Shown piece after piece: positions 8,158-19,578 of a stretch of 64,000 nt of DNA. This DNA comes from Oscillospiraceae bacterium (GTDB lineage Bacteria > Bacillota > Clostridia > Oscillospirales > CAG-272): the NCBI GenBank assembly GCA_015064785.1, contig SVRM01000005.1:362-64361 (forward strand), read 5' to 3'. A model generated the notes under the pieces. It made no database searches. It was not told the DNA's origin and saw only the letters and a list, made by a program, of their open reading frames with translations. The first letter of the stretch is position 1. Each line of letters begins with the position of its first letter. The position numbers were made by a program, and so were the translations under genes.

Positions 8158-8837
8158 AATGTTCTGTTCCTTTTTTGTTGTTCCGTTTGCGTTTTGTTCT
8201 TCCGGTGAAATCGGGCGGCAAGCTGTCGGATGCCGCCGGCAATCCGATGAATCAGTGCTGCTCCCGCAAGATATCCCAGCCGCAGCAGGTAATACAGCGT
8301 CAGATTCCAAAGCGTACAGAGCGCCGCGTGTACAAGCGCCAGCACCAACGCCATGGTCCGCATCACAAGCACACCCACCGTCCGGCTGTATGCAAAAAAG
8401 CCAATGCTCCCTGCCAGCACAAGGTACCATCGCAGAATGCCGTCATTGCGCCAGTACAGAAAGACCGCGCCCAGCACACCGCACACAAGAAAATACAGAA
8501 GATCAAGAATGCACTGCATCACCTGTGCGGGAACCGGATGGGAGGATCGCCCCGTGTCATGCCGGTCTGCCGCCTTTGTCTGCCCATTCCGGACAGACCG
8601 GCATCGGCACTGCCGCAGACGCAGCATCCATTTTCCCATTCGGTTGTCCGGATGCATACCGTCCTCACACACCCCGAGCATCGCTGCCGGAATGCGGAAC
8701 AAACTGTACACCGCACCGAGGAAAACGCCGAAGAGCAGTGCTTGTGGAACCGCACTCCACGCGCCGGCATCACTTGCCTCCGCCAGAATGGCATGTTCCG
8801 TCGCAATGTCATAGGCACCCACCACCGCCGTCATCAT
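8016..8837 (-). CDS. yabQ: Spore cortex biosynthesis protein YabQ-like (polytopic membrane protein)
   Basis: 273-aa ORF with multiple TM helices. The start ATGATG overlaps the yabP stop by 4 nt. Position is between yabP and divIC. The last 142 nt overlap divIC out of frame, so the C-terminal tail is of uncertain significance. Confidence 0.65.
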   Translation of the reverse strand: MMTAVVGAYDIATEHAILAEASDAGAWSAVPQALLFGVFLGAVYSLFRIPAAMLGVCEDGMHPDNRMGKWMLRLRQCRCRSVRNGQTKAADRHDTGRSSHPVPAQVMQCILDLLYFLVCGVLGAVFLYWRNDGILRWYLVLAGSIGFFAYSRTVGVLVMRTMALVLALVHAALCTLWNLTLYYLLRLGYLAGAALIHRIAGGIRQLAARFHRKNKTQTEQQKRNRTLWQRNRNSQRKKPVSSRRSHCSSSSDSVPSPSFSSMVRSRNTRKKLP

Positions 8838-9118
8838 CGCAGAAGACGTGCAAAAAAGCCGCCCGTCTGCGCCTTGGCATCATCGGTATACAACAGTGCG
8901 CTGACCGTTCCTTCCAGTACCAGCTCCCCGGATTCCAGTGCAAGGTGTCTGACATGCAGACCTTCTCCCTCCACCGTCAGAATCCCGCGTGAGGTTCTGG
9001 CACATACCGTATGTTCATCGTAATTATCAACATCCAGTACACCGCAGATACGCAGATGCGTTCTGTCCTCCAGAGCAACCGTATGCCGTGTCTGGCGGTT
9101 CTGTTCCGTTTCTCCCAT
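8834..9118 (-). CDS. yabP: Sporulation protein YabP
   Basis: The YabP-like core (LEDRTHLRICGVLDVDNYDEHTVCARTSRGILTVEGEGLHVRHLALESGELVLEG) is present. I prefer the ATG at 9118, which has a strong RBS (GGGAGGG) 8 nt upstream. The track start at 9157 is possible but lacks a good RBS. Confidence 0.8.
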   Translation of the reverse strand: MGETEQNRQTRHTVALEDRTHLRICGVLDVDNYDEHTVCARTSRGILTVEGEGLHVRHLALESGELVLEGTVSALLYTDDAKAQTGGFFARLLR

Positions 9119-9212
9119 AGAATCTGCCCTCCCGTCATCCGATGGCTGAGACACCATCCATTCGTTCGGTTGATTCTATGCGGCACAGCTGCCGATTATG
9201 ACCGGTTATCCG

Positions 9213-9458
9213 TCAGCCCTCCAAAACCTCATACATGGAGGACGCTTCCGCTTTGCCGACATGCTCCTTGACATCGACCACACGCACGCGCAGGGTTTTC
9301 TCACCGAAGGTGATTTCCAGAACATCCCCTTCCTTGACATCATAGGATGCTTTGGCACGCCGTCCGTTGACGGTGACATGGTCTGCGTCGCAGGCATCGT
9401 TTGCGACCGTTCTGCGCTTGATGATGCGCGACACCTTCAGATATTTATCGAGTCTCAT
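9213..9458 (-). CDS. yabO: S4-domain RNA-binding protein (YabO/Hsp15-like)
   Basis: The S4 signature (MRLDKYLKVSRIIKRRTVANDA...VTVNGRRAKASYDVKEGDVLEI) is present. The ATG at 9458 has RBS GAAAGGAG. The track start at 9464 is a TTG extension. Confidence 0.8.
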   Translation of the reverse strand: MRLDKYLKVSRIIKRRTVANDACDADHVTVNGRRAKASYDVKEGDVLEITFGEKTLRVRVVDVKEHVGKAEASSMYEVLEG

Positions 9459-9569
9459 GGACAAACTCCTTTCCTGAATACATCGAACCGGGTTCTGTCA
9501 GACACCCGCAGATACAAATACGACCGCACCCGGGGGTCATTGCACAGGTGCGGTCTGCATGTATACCAA

Positions 9570-9845
9570 TTACTTATTGACGGTTTCCTTGAGTGCCTTG
9601 CCTGCCGTGAAAGCCGGATGCTTGGAAGCGGGGATTTCAATGGATTCCTTGGTAGCGGGGTTTCTGCCGATCCGTGCTGCACGCTGCTTGGTTTCAAATG
9701 TACCAAAACCGACGAGCTGTACCTTTTCACCGTTTGCGAGTGCATCTTCAATGGTGGAGAGGAATGCGTTGACAACACCTTCTGCTTCCTTCTTCTTCAG
9801 ACCGGTCTTCTGTGCAACGGCATCAATAACCTGAGACTTGTTCAT
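9570..9845 (-). CDS. hup: DNA-binding protein HU
   Basis: Internal ATG (9845) of track ORF 9570-10067. The 91-aa product reads [91 protein letters not shown], a canonical HU. Confidence 0.93.
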   Translation of the reverse strand: MNKSQVIDAVAQKTGLKKKEAEGVVNAFLSTIEDALANGEKVQLVGFGTFETKQRAARIGRNPATKESIEIPASKHPAFTAGKALKETVNK

Positions 9846-9954
9846 AACGTATTCTTTACCTTTCTGTGTATAAATGATAAGATTCCTTTGTCCGGATACC
9901 AAAATCGATGCCCCTTGACGGGCAGTTTTTCCGGAACATAAAATTGCATGATAT

Positions 9955-9983
9955 AGTATACCATTTCCGCTTGATTTTATCAA
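9955..9983 (-). promoter_or_regulatory. Candidate sigma-A promoter of hup
   Basis: On the minus strand: TTGATA, a 17-nt spacer, then TATACT preceded by an extended TG (TGGTATACT). Confidence 0.5.
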
Positions 9984-10116
9984 GGGTTTTCGCAAAATTT
10001 TCCCGAAAATTTTCAACTTTTTCGGAAATGAAGCACTTCCGGCAGGGTTCTTGTGCACGGATCTCATATTTTGTTCTATGAACAGACGGTGCGGGCAGCG
10101 GTTCTGCCGCCCTTCC

Positions 10117-13100
10117 TCAGAACAGCGACAGCTGGTTGGTTTCGCTCATGCCGTCCAGCACACCGCTGGTACTGAGAATTTCCATGACAGAACGGGACAG
10201 CTGTGCGCGGTCCTGAAGCTCCGATTTGGAATAAAATTCGCCGTCGCCTCTTGCATGTACAATCTTCTCCGCCGCCGTCAGTCCCAGACCGGACATCGCA
10301 ATAAACGGCATACGGATGGCACCGTCCTCCGGCAGAAACGCCTTTGCATCGGATTTGTACAGATGCGGCGGCAGATAGCGGATCCCGCGCGCCATGCTTT
10401 CCATGACAATCTTGAGCGCATCCTCAACGTCGGTTTCCTTCTGCGTCGCCTCCATACCCTTTTCGCGGATCTCGCCGATCTTTGCAACAACGCCGGACCG
10501 GCCGCGCATGACGATTTCCCCGTCAAAGCCGTCGGGTGCCGCGGTAAAGTACGCCGCATAGAATTCCAGGGGTCTGTGTACCTTGTACCACGCAAACTGA
10601 ATCGCCTGCATGACATATGCCGCTGCATGGGCTTTGGGGAACATGTACTTGATCTTCTTGCAGGAAGCGATGTACCAGTCGGGAATGTTCTGCTCCTTCA
10701 TCGCCGCTTCCATTTCCGGCGTCAGACCCTTGCCCTTACGGACCGATTCCATCGTCTTGAACGCCATCGATTTTTCGACGCCGTGATAGGACAGATACAG
10801 CATAATCGAGTCACGTGTACCGATAACCTCGGAAATCGTACAGGTGCCGTCGCGGATCAGCTCCTGCGCATTGCCAAGCCAGACATCCGTACCGTGGGAA
10901 AGCCCTGATATCTGCAAAAGGTCGGAGAAGTTCTGCGGCTTTGCTTCCTTTAACATGCCCTGCGCAAACGGTGTACCGAATTCGGGAATGCCCCAGGTGC
11001 CCAGCTCACAGCCCATGATGTCCTCCGGCTTCAGTCCGAGCGGCTTGCAGGAGGTGAACAGTCCGTAAACCTCCCGGTCAGAGGTATCGACGGTATCAAC
11101 GGGAATCCCGGTGTACCGTTCCAGAATCTTCAGCTTGGTCGGCATATCGTGCCCCAGCTCATCGAGCTTCAAAATCGTATCGTGCAGATACGTAAACTGG
11201 AAGTGCGTCGTGATGATCTCGGAGTCGGGCGAATCCGCCGGATGCTGAATCGGCGTAAAATCGTAAACATCGTATTCACGCGGCACAACGATGATGCCGC
11301 CCGGATGCTGACCGGTTGTGCGCTTGATGCCGACCATGCAGTTAATCAGACGGTCGATTTCGGCCTTGTTCAGCTTCAGATGATGCTCGTCACAGTACTT
11401 TGCGATGTAGCCGAATGCCGTTTTCGAGGCAAGCGAACCGGTGGTTCCGGCGCGGAAGACGTTTTCCTTGCCGAACAGGTCTGCGGTGTACTTATGCACC
11501 TTGCCCTGTACGTCGCCGGAGAAGTTTAAGTCAATATCGGGAGACTTGTCGCCGTAGAAGCCGAGGAAGGTTTCAAACGGGATATCGTGTCCGTCACGGA
11601 TCATGTCAATGCCGCAATTCGGACAGTTTTTCGGCGGCAGATCGTAACCGGAGCCATAAGAACCGTCGAGAATGAATTCGGAGTGCCGGCACTTCTTGCA
11701 GCGATAGTGCGGCGGCAGCGGATTGACCTCGGAAATGCCGGACATCGACGCAACGAACGACGAGCCGACCGAACCGCGCGAACCGACCATATACCCAAGC
11801 GAATTGGAATACGCCACCAGCTTCTGCGCGATCATGTACAGCACCGCAAAGCCGTGCTTGATGATCGAGGTCAGCTCACGTTCCAGACGCTCGGAAACCA
11901 CCGCAGGCAGATCGTCGGAATACCAGTCGCGTGCCTTTTCCCAGCACAGACGCTGCAATTCCTCCTCCGCACCCTCGAGGTTCGGCGTGTACGTTCCCTC
12001 GGGAATCGGACGGATCTTCTCGATCATGTCCGCGATCTTATTGGTGTTTTCCACAACAACCTCGTATGCTTTTTCCTCGCCGAGGTAGGCAAACTCCGCA
12101 AGCATTTCCTCGGTTGTCCGGAAATACAATCCGACATCACGGTCGGCATCGGAGAACTTCATCGATGCCATCAGAATTTTCCGGACGATTTCGTCATGCC
12201 GCTCCATAAAATGCGCGTCACACGTCGCGACAACGGGAATGTTCAGTTCTTCACCGAGCGCAACAATGCGGCGGTTGAGGTTTTTCAATCCTTCCTCATC
12301 GGCAACCGTACCGTCTGCAATCAGAAACGCATTGTTGCACAGCGGCTGGATTTCCAGATAATCATAGAACCCGGCGATTTCCTTGATTTCCGCCTCCGGC
12401 TTGTTTTCAAGAATCGCGCGGAACAGCTCGCCCGCCTCACACGCAGAACCGATGATCAGTCCCTCGCGGTGTTCGGCAAGAAGCGTTTTCGGAATGCGCG
12501 GATGTTTTTTGTAATAGGTCAGATACGAGGACGAAATCAGTTTATAGAGATTTTTCAAACCCACCAGATTTTTGACCAGAATGATCTGATGGTAGGATTT
12601 CAGCTTCAGCGGATCGGCTTTTTCACTCATTGCCTGCCGCATCTGATTGTATGTCTCGACGCCCTCGCGGTGAATTTTGTCGGTCATGCAGAAATAGATA
12701 CGCGCCAGCATTTCTGCGTCATCGGAGGCACGGTGATGATTGAAGTCGCCCAGTCCGAAATACTCGGCAACCAGATTCAGCTTGTGCTTTTTCAGATCGG
12801 GATTGACATACCGGCTCATCGAAACCGTGTCGAGATACGGGTTTTCAAACGGCAGACCGGATTCCTGTGCCGCCCGCCGGATAAAGCCGATATCAAAGCC
12901 GGCATTGTGCGCAATCAGCAGCTTATCTTTGCCGCCGATGAACGCAAAGAACGCTTCCAGCGCTTCCTTCGCTGACGGCGCACCGCGCACCATATCGTCG
13001 GTGATGCCGGTGAGCGCGGTGATTTCTTCCGGAATCGGACATCCGGGATCCACAAAGGTATTGAAACGATCCAGCACTTCCCCGTTTTTGATACGGACAG

Positions 13101-14568
13101 CACCGATTTCCGTGATCTTGTCCTTGAGGTTGGACAAACCGGTTGTTTCAATATCGAAGACAATGGATTCGTCTTCAAACCGACCGTCACCGGCTCCGAA
13201 CAGCGCCTTTGCCGTATCGTCGACAAAGTACGCTTCCATGCCGTAGATGACCTTCAGATCGGTCTTCTCCGCCGCCAGCATCATTTCCGGGAACGACTGC
13301 ACATTGCCGTGGTCCGTCACCGCAACCGCAGGCATTCCGAAGCGCAGTGCCGTTTTGACAAGAATATCGGGCGGAATGGCCGCATCGAGCGCAGACATGT
13401 TGGTGTGGCAGTGCAGCTCCACGCGCTTGACAGGAGCGGTGTCCTGGCGATCGAAATAGCCGATTTTCATGATGTCGTTTGGCGTCATCGACAGCTCGCC
13501 GTCGAATTTATCGGTGCGCAGATTGCCGCGGACGGCAAGGGCGATGTTGTAATACAGCACGTCCGCCGTACCGCGCTTGACCTTCTTTTTCTTTTCCGTC
13601 AGCGTTTTGAGCAGCGTCTTGCCTTCATCGACCGGCAGAACCAGCTTCATCGTAAAGGAGGAATCCTGGTCGGTCAGAAACAGCGTAATAATCGTCTTGT
13701 CGCCGTTTCTGGTTTCCTTGCTTTCCACGCCAGACAACAGTCCCAGCGCCTGCACATTCCGCTTCTGCTGTACCATATGACGGATCGGCATTGGCGAATC
13801 AATGACAAAGGATTCGCCGAAGATGCATTCGGGAGAGGATGTATCAAAGGACATATTGCCGATGTTCCACACCGTCTCCTCCGGATGGGAAAAGATCAGC
13901 TCATGGGTATCCAGCGTATTGACAATCGGCAGAACCGGATGCAGTGCTTCTTCTTCCGCCTCAGCCTGCTTTTTTGCCGCCTGTGCCTGTGCCGCACGTG
14001 CTTCGGCTTCCCTGGCAAGCGAGGCAATGTATTCTGCATTCGCACGCTCAAACGCAGAATAATCGTTTACATATCCTTCGGGGCGGCGCACCTCCACCTG
14101 CAGCCGGACACCGAACTCTCTGACAATGATATCGGACAGAATTTCCGGCGTTTTGGCACTGACCACCAGATCAATGCCGCCGTCGGAGAACGGGATTTCG
14201 AGAATCAGCGACTGACCGTTCAGCTCCCGCAGGCGGTATGCATCGAAAAATCCGCGGGAAACCGCACCCTCGCGCATCAGCTCCATAATCAGCTGCGGCA
14301 CATAGTCCGCCGTCAGATACTGCGCCGGATATGTCGGCAGAATCCGGACACCGCCGATGTCGTGCGCCAGCCGGATCTCCTCCTCCACACGGTACAGATC
14401 GCGCTTGGAAATCGGCGCATCAAAGGAGGCGCGCACCTCCACGAGCTTTTGCTCGCGGTCGATGCGCAGGCGATAGTCCCGTGCAGACAGCAGCAGCGCC
14501 ATTGCCTCGGGACCCGGTTTGTATTTATTGAATATATCAAGCAGTGTACGCTTCGGCGTCTCTGACAT
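10117..14568 (-). CDS. polC: DNA polymerase III PolC-type (Gram-positive replicative polymerase with intrinsic exonuclease)
   Basis: 1483 aa. It contains a PHP domain, a DEDD exonuclease motif (VFDIETTGL) and polymerase core motifs. RBS GAGGTGA. It sits in the conserved position downstream of ispG/rseP. Confidence 0.97.
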   Translation of the reverse strand: MSETPKRTLLDIFNKYKPGPEAMALLLSARDYRLRIDREQKLVEVRASFDAPISKRDLYRVEEEIRLAHDIGGVRILPTYPAQYLTADYVPQLIMELMREGAVSRGFFDAYRLRELNGQSLILEIPFSDGGIDLVVSAKTPEILSDIIVREFGVRLQVEVRRPEGYVNDYSAFERANAEYIASLAREAEARAAQAQAAKKQAEAEEEALHPVLPIVNTLDTHELIFSHPEETVWNIGNMSFDTSSPECIFGESFVIDSPMPIRHMVQQKRNVQALGLLSGVESKETRNGDKTIITLFLTDQDSSFTMKLVLPVDEGKTLLKTLTEKKKKVKRGTADVLYYNIALAVRGNLRTDKFDGELSMTPNDIMKIGYFDRQDTAPVKRVELHCHTNMSALDAAIPPDILVKTALRFGMPAVAVTDHGNVQSFPEMMLAAEKTDLKVIYGMEAYFVDDTAKALFGAGDGRFEDESIVFDIETTGLSNLKDKITEIGAVRIKNGEVLDRFNTFVDPGCPIPEEITALTGITDDMVRGAPSAKEALEAFFAFIGGKDKLLIAHNAGFDIGFIRRAAQESGLPFENPYLDTVSMSRYVNPDLKKHKLNLVAEYFGLGDFNHHRASDDAEMLARIYFCMTDKIHREGVETYNQMRQAMSEKADPLKLKSYHQIILVKNLVGLKNLYKLISSSYLTYYKKHPRIPKTLLAEHREGLIIGSACEAGELFRAILENKPEAEIKEIAGFYDYLEIQPLCNNAFLIADGTVADEEGLKNLNRRIVALGEELNIPVVATCDAHFMERHDEIVRKILMASMKFSDADRDVGLYFRTTEEMLAEFAYLGEEKAYEVVVENTNKIADMIEKIRPIPEGTYTPNLEGAEEELQRLCWEKARDWYSDDLPAVVSERLERELTSIIKHGFAVLYMIAQKLVAYSNSLGYMVGSRGSVGSSFVASMSGISEVNPLPPHYRCKKCRHSEFILDGSYGSGYDLPPKNCPNCGIDMIRDGHDIPFETFLGFYGDKSPDIDLNFSGDVQGKVHKYTADLFGKENVFRAGTTGSLASKTAFGYIAKYCDEHHLKLNKAEIDRLINCMVGIKRTTGQHPGGIIVVPREYDVYDFTPIQHPADSPDSEIITTHFQFTYLHDTILKLDELGHDMPTKLKILERYTGIPVDTVDTSDREVYGLFTSCKPLGLKPEDIMGCELGTWGIPEFGTPFAQGMLKEAKPQNFSDLLQISGLSHGTDVWLGNAQELIRDGTCTISEVIGTRDSIMLYLSYHGVEKSMAFKTMESVRKGKGLTPEMEAAMKEQNIPDWYIASCKKIKYMFPKAHAAAYVMQAIQFAWYKVHRPLEFYAAYFTAAPDGFDGEIVMRGRSGVVAKIGEIREKGMEATQKETDVEDALKIVMESMARGIRYLPPHLYKSDAKAFLPEDGAIRMPFIAMSGLGLTAAEKIVHARGDGEFYSKSELQDRAQLSRSVMEILSTSGVLDGMSETNQLSLF

Positions 14569-14585
14569 GATGTCACCTCGTTGTT

Positions 14586-15650
14586 TTACAGTAAATTGAT
14601 CTCCTCAATCAGGACACTGACCGCATCCCGTGCGGGAATTTTCTTTACAATCTCACCGTGACGGAACAGCACCGCTTCATCGCGTCCGCCGGCAATGCCG
14701 ATGTCGGCTTCCCTTGCCTCGCCGGGACCGTTGACAATACAGCCCATCATCGCCACGCGCAGCTTCTTATCTGTCGTAATTTCGCCGCGGCGTGCTTCAA
14801 ATTCATTGACCATGTCAATGAGCGGAATCTGCGTTCTGCCGCAGGTCGGACAGGAAACAAGATTGATGCCCGTCTCCTCCAGCTCCAGCGCACGCAGAAT
14901 GTTGTGCGCTTCCATGACCTCGCGCACCGGATCGTCGGTCAGCGAGACTCGGATGGTATCACCGATGCCGTCGCACAGCAGCGCACCGATGCCTGCCGCG
15001 CTTTTGATCGTGCCGATGTGTGCCGTTCCCGCCTCGGTCACACCGAGATGGAGCGGATAAGAGCATTTTTCCGCAAGCACACGGTTGGCGGCAATCATCT
15101 CGCGCACAGTCGATGCCTTGATAGAAATGACAATATCGGTAAAATCAAACTTTTCCAGCAGCGCCACATGATACAGCGCACTTTCCGCCAGCGCCTCTGC
15201 CGTCGGCGCACCGTACTTTGCAAGAATGTGCTTTTCCAGTGACCCGGAGTTGACACCGATGCGGATGGGCAGCTGCTTTTCACGGCAGGCCCTGACAACC
15301 GCGCGAACACGTTCATCGTCACCGATGTTGCCGGGGTTGATGCGAATCTTATCCGCACCTGCCGCCGCACATTCCAGTGCAATGCGATAGTCAAAATGAA
15401 TGTCGGCAACCAGCGGCACCGTTACACCGCGCTCCTTCAGATAGGAAAAGGTCTCAGCGCATTCCTTATCGGGCGCCGCCAGACGGACAATATCACAGCC
15501 CGCCGCCGCAAGCGCTTCGGTCTGCGCCAGACACGCCGCGGCGTCGTGTGTATCGGTGGAACACATCGACTGTACGGCAATCGGTGCATCGCCGCCGATC
15601 ATCACACCGCCCACGCGGACCTGTGAAGTCTTTCTTCTGTAACTGTTCAT
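14586..15650 (-). CDS. ispG: 4-hydroxy-3-methylbut-2-en-1-yl diphosphate synthase (flavodoxin)
   Basis: IspG/GcpE sequence (VGGVMIGGDAPIAVQSM ... CPTCGRTQIPL ... VMGCIVNGPGEA). The ATG at 15650 has RBS AGAGGA and lies after the rseP stop. The track start at 15704 would overlap rseP. Confidence 0.93.
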   Translation of the reverse strand: MNSYRRKTSQVRVGGVMIGGDAPIAVQSMCSTDTHDAAACLAQTEALAAAGCDIVRLAAPDKECAETFSYLKERGVTVPLVADIHFDYRIALECAAAGADKIRINPGNIGDDERVRAVVRACREKQLPIRIGVNSGSLEKHILAKYGAPTAEALAESALYHVALLEKFDFTDIVISIKASTVREMIAANRVLAEKCSYPLHLGVTEAGTAHIGTIKSAAGIGALLCDGIGDTIRVSLTDDPVREVMEAHNILRALELEETGINLVSCPTCGRTQIPLIDMVNEFEARRGEITTDKKLRVAMMGCIVNGPGEAREADIGIAGGRDEAVLFRHGEIVKKIPARDAVSVLIEEINLL

Positions 15651-15663
15651 CGTAAATCCTCTG

Positions 15664-16695
15664 TTATGACTGAATGAGTCTCGAAATATCCTGGAACGTA
15701 ACAAATACCATCAGCAGCATCAGAAGCATGATACCGACAAAATGGATATATCCCTCAATGCTGCGGTTGACGGGACGCCGGAAGATCAGCTCAATGAACT
15801 GAAACAGCAGCCGTCCGCCGTCCAGTGCCGGAAGCGGCAGCAGATTGAAAATGCCGAGATTGACGGAAATGAAAACAAACATAAAGCCGAAGTTATACGA
15901 GCCCTGTTCCGCCGCCTCCGTGATCGCCTGCGTCACGCCGACGGGACCGGACAGATCCTGTACCGTATACTCGCCGAAGACCAGATCATACAGCGAATCC
16001 CAGATCATCTGCACAGTATTCGCCGACTGCCAGAACGCCTGATGCGCAATGGACAGCGGTGTTTTTTCCACAGCATATACATAGAAGTCGCGGTCGCCGT
16101 AGACGTGTCCCGCCTCGGAAAAATTCGGGAACTGTACATCCGGCAGAACGATGGTTTCCCCATCGCGCACAACCGTGACATCCACCGGTCCGCGTGCATC
16201 GTGCATGATTGTATAGACAAGATCCGTCGCCGTATGGACGCGCGTATCGTCGATTTTGACAATGCGATCCTCCACCTGAAGACCGTAGGACGGAGAGGTC
16301 GCACCTTCAAAGAAGTCGGCAACCACCGTTCCGCCGAACGTGGAAAAGGACACAAGGATCGTCATGACAAGAAAACCGATGAGCAGATTCATTGCCGCAC
16401 CGGCGGCGGTGATGATGATCCGCTGCCAGACCGGCTTTGCGCACAGCGCACCGGGATCATCGGATTCCTCGTCCTCGCCGACCATGGCGACATACCCGCC
16501 GATGGGCAGTGCGCGCAGAGAGTAACGAATGCCGGTTTTGTCTGAGACACGGGAGAACAGCTTCGGTCCCATGCCGATGGCAAATTCGTTGATTGTCACA
16601 TGAAAGAAACGTGCGGCGGTGTAATGCCCGAATTCGTGAATAAAGATCAGAAATCCGAACATGAAAATGGCAAGCAGGATAAACAGAAAATTCAT
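15664..16695 (-). CDS. rseP: RIP metalloprotease RseP/RasP (site-2 protease, M50)
   Basis: 343 aa. HEFGHY zinc motif in the first TM, a PDZ-like middle region, and the C-terminal motif NLLPLPALDGG. Confidence 0.9.
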   Translation of the reverse strand: MNFLFILLAIFMFGFLIFIHEFGHYTAARFFHVTINEFAIGMGPKLFSRVSDKTGIRYSLRALPIGGYVAMVGEDEESDDPGALCAKPVWQRIIITAAGAAMNLLIGFLVMTILVSFSTFGGTVVADFFEGATSPSYGLQVEDRIVKIDDTRVHTATDLVYTIMHDARGPVDVTVVRDGETIVLPDVQFPNFSEAGHVYGDRDFYVYAVEKTPLSIAHQAFWQSANTVQMIWDSLYDLVFGEYTVQDLSGPVGVTQAITEAAEQGSYNFGFMFVFISVNLGIFNLLPLPALDGGRLLFQFIELIFRRPVNRSIEGYIHFVGIMLLMLLMVFVTFQDISRLIQS

Positions 16696-16711
16696 GCAAA
16701 CTCCTTTCGTT

Positions 16712-17914
16712 CTAAGCGATTGGATCAGGATATCCGTGCGTCAGGCGGCGCTGTACCGCTTCTCTTGCGGCACGGTCCGCCGCTTCCATGTCAGATAGCG
16801 TCGGATTTTCGATCTGCGCAGCATCGTCCACAACAGATTCTACCAGATCAAACATCTCGACAAAGCCGAGACGGTCATCCAGAAACGCCGCAACGGCAGC
16901 TTCGTTCGCGCCGTTGAGTACCGCCGTCATCACCCCGCCCGCCTTGACACAGCGGCGTGCCAGCGGCAGAAGTGTAAATGTTTCTTCATCGGGCGCCTCA
17001 AAGGTCAGCCGTCCGATCTTTTTGAAGTCCAGCGGCTCCAGACACGACGGCATCCGGTCCGGATATGTCAGCGCATACTGGATGCACAGGCGCATATCGG
17101 GAACGGACATCTGTGCCATGACTGCATTGTCGCAGAACTGCACCATCGAGTGAATGATGCTCTCCGGATGCACGACGATTTCCACATCATCGGGCGCCAC
17201 ATCAAACAGACGTACCGCCTCGATCAGCTCAAGTCCCTTATTCATCAGCGATGCACAGTCGACGGTGATCTTCGCACCCATCTTCCAGGTCGGGTGTGCC
17301 AGCGCTTCTCTGCGCGTTACCGAAGCCAGCTCCGCACGTGTTTTCCCGCGGAACGCACCGCCGGAGCAGGTCAGAAGCAGCTTTGTCACACGGTCGCGCG
17401 GTTCGCCGTTCAGACACTGAAAGATGGCGCAGTGTTCGCTGTCCACAGGCAGAACGGAAACGCCGTGTTCCTTTGCCTCACGCATGACAAATTCACCGGC
17501 AGTCACCAGTGTTTCCTTGTTGGCAAGCGCAACATGCTTGCCTGCGCGGATGGCATTCAGCGTCGGTGCCAGACCCGCAGTACCGATGATGGAGTTGAGC
17601 ACAACCCCGGATTCACCGGCAGATGCCAGCCACAGAACCCCCTCGCGTCCGGGCAGAACCTTCGTATCGGTGTCGGCAACGGCGACGGCAAGCTGACCGG
17701 CGGCGGCTTCATCCTCCACCGCGCACCATGTCGGATGGAACTGGCGGATCTGCTCCTCAAGCAGTGTGATATTTTTTGAACCGGCAATGCCCTCAACACG
17801 CAGTCCGTGCAGTGCGGCAACATCCATGGTCTGCCGTCCGACAGAACCGGTCGAGCCGAGTACTGTCACAGGAAGCGCACCGAGGGTATCGGATTTTTTC
17901 TTTGTATCAAGCAT
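16712..17914 (-). CDS. dxr: 1-deoxy-D-xylulose 5-phosphate reductoisomerase
   Basis: 400 aa. GSTGSVGRQT NADPH motif and VDSEHCAIFQC motif. Conserved neighbourhood cdsA-dxr-rseP. Confidence 0.93.
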   Translation of the reverse strand: MLDTKKKSDTLGALPVTVLGSTGSVGRQTMDVAALHGLRVEGIAGSKNITLLEEQIRQFHPTWCAVEDEAAAGQLAVAVADTDTKVLPGREGVLWLASAGESGVVLNSIIGTAGLAPTLNAIRAGKHVALANKETLVTAGEFVMREAKEHGVSVLPVDSEHCAIFQCLNGEPRDRVTKLLLTCSGGAFRGKTRAELASVTRREALAHPTWKMGAKITVDCASLMNKGLELIEAVRLFDVAPDDVEIVVHPESIIHSMVQFCDNAVMAQMSVPDMRLCIQYALTYPDRMPSCLEPLDFKKIGRLTFEAPDEETFTLLPLARRCVKAGGVMTAVLNGANEAAVAAFLDDRLGFVEMFDLVESVVDDAAQIENPTLSDMEAADRAAREAVQRRLTHGYPDPIA

Positions 17915-17934
17915 GGATCAATTACCTCACAGGA

Positions 17935-18762
17935 TCAGAACAGAAGTGCGAAAAACGGCGTATTTGCACACAGCAGATACAGCACCGTAGCCGTCGCCAG
18001 CACCGAGTCAAAGCGGTCAAGCACGCCGCCGTGACCGGGGAACAAACGTCCGTAGTCCTTGACGTCGTATCTGCGCTTGACCAGACTCATGAACAGATCG
18101 CCGACAATCGAAACGAGCGATACCGGCAGTCCGAGCAGAATCAGTGCGGGATAGTTTGGCGAAACATCGGCAAACAGCGAAACAATCCAGCCGTACAGCG
18201 CAAAGCCTGCCATCGCAAAGACGATGCCGCCAATGGCACCTTCCACCGTCTTCTTCGGTGAGACATCGGGAATGAGCTTGTGCCGTCCGAGGAGCCGTCC
18301 GGTAAAGTACGCAAACGAGTCGGACACCCACGCGCCGAGGAACGGCAAAAGGTACAGATACGCACCGTTGTTGATGCGGCGCAGCAGAACCATCAGACAA
18401 AAGCCCCACAGAATATAAATCAGTGCAATAAACGCCATGCCCGCCTGTTCAATCGGCAGCTTGCCGTGCGAGAACAGCGAGACGGTGAACAGCAGAAACA
18501 TCAGCACAGCCGAAAGTGAGGAAAGCAGCATGAACGCCTGCTGCGGAAGATAGAATGACGCAAACGGCAGACCGATGCCGAGCAGGACGGCGGGAATGGT
18601 AATCAACAGATTTTTATGCAGTCCGATACAGCGCAGCATCTCAAAACAGCCCATACCGGCAAGCAGTGCAATGACAATCGGAAAAACAACCGTATCGGAT
18701 AAAAATGCTGTCGGAACCAGTACAGCAGCAATGCCGACCGCGGTAAGAATTCGTGTTAACAT
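17935..18762 (-). CDS. cdsA: Phosphatidate cytidylyltransferase
   Basis: 275-aa polytopic membrane protein. The C-terminal CTP-transferase signature (SLVKRRYDVKDYGRLFPGHGGVLDRFDS) is present. Confidence 0.9.
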   Translation of the reverse strand: MLTRILTAVGIAAVLVPTAFLSDTVVFPIVIALLAGMGCFEMLRCIGLHKNLLITIPAVLLGIGLPFASFYLPQQAFMLLSSLSAVLMFLLFTVSLFSHGKLPIEQAGMAFIALIYILWGFCLMVLLRRINNGAYLYLLPFLGAWVSDSFAYFTGRLLGRHKLIPDVSPKKTVEGAIGGIVFAMAGFALYGWIVSLFADVSPNYPALILLGLPVSLVSIVGDLFMSLVKRRYDVKDYGRLFPGHGGVLDRFDSVLATATVLYLLCANTPFFALLF

Positions 18763-18780
18763 GATCTGATGCTCCGTCCT

Positions 18781-19476
18781 TTATACTCCGCCGAACCGGC
18801 GTTTTCTTGCGTAAAATGCCTCCACTGCGGCATCTACGGCAGCGTCGTCCATATCCGGCCACAGCGTATCGCAGAAATAGAATTCCGCATAAGCCGCCTG
18901 CCAGAGCAGGAAATTCGAGAGCCGCATCTCCGAACCCGTGCGGACAATGAGATCCGGCGGCGGGCAGTGTGCGGTATAGAGATTCGCGGTGATGTCATCC
19001 TCGGTGATCTCGGTTTTGCCCTGCGCAATCAGCGTATTGACCGCATGAACAATCTCATCGCGTCCGCCGTAATTGATGGCAATGTTGAGCGTCAGCGGAT
19101 GATGCGCGGTGTCACGCTCCAGCGCTTCCATGCGCGCACGGATCTCCGGCGGAAAAATCGACTTGTCACCGAGAAACACGGTATGGATATTGTATTCCTC
19201 TGCCTGTTTCTGCGCGCGTCCGAGAAACTCCGCAAAGATCGTCATAATCGCCTGCACCTCATGCTGCGGACGGCGCCAGTTCTCGGTGGAAAAAGCGTAA
19301 ACCGTCACAACACGGATGCCAATGTCACCGCAGTGGCGCACCACCCGTTCAAAGGTTTTGGCGCCGACGGAATGACCGTATTCCCGCGGCATTCCGCGCT
19401 TTTTTGCCCAGCGGCCGTTTCCGTCCATGATAAACGCAATGTGCCGCAGCCGTTCGTCCACTTGTATGTTAGCCAT
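18781..19476 (-). CDS. uppS: Isoprenyl transferase (undecaprenyl diphosphate synthase)
   Basis: Motifs HIAFIMDGNGRWA and RTGSEMRLSNFLLWQAAYAEF. The ATG at 19476 has RBS GGAGA. The track start at 19488 is a TTG extension. Confidence 0.93.
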   Translation of the reverse strand: MANIQVDERLRHIAFIMDGNGRWAKKRGMPREYGHSVGAKTFERVVRHCGDIGIRVVTVYAFSTENWRRPQHEVQAIMTIFAEFLGRAQKQAEEYNIHTVFLGDKSIFPPEIRARMEALERDTAHHPLTLNIAINYGGRDEIVHAVNTLIAQGKTEITEDDITANLYTAHCPPPDLIVRTGSEMRLSNFLLWQAAYAEFYFCDTLWPDMDDAAVDAAVEAFYARKRRFGGV

Positions 19477-19578
19477 GAGAATCTCCAATGTTTACAGTTC
19501 GTTTCCAGTTCGTTAAAAATTTCTCCCGACAGAGAAACAAGGATGACACGCCGCCATCCCTGTTTTCGGGTCGAATTA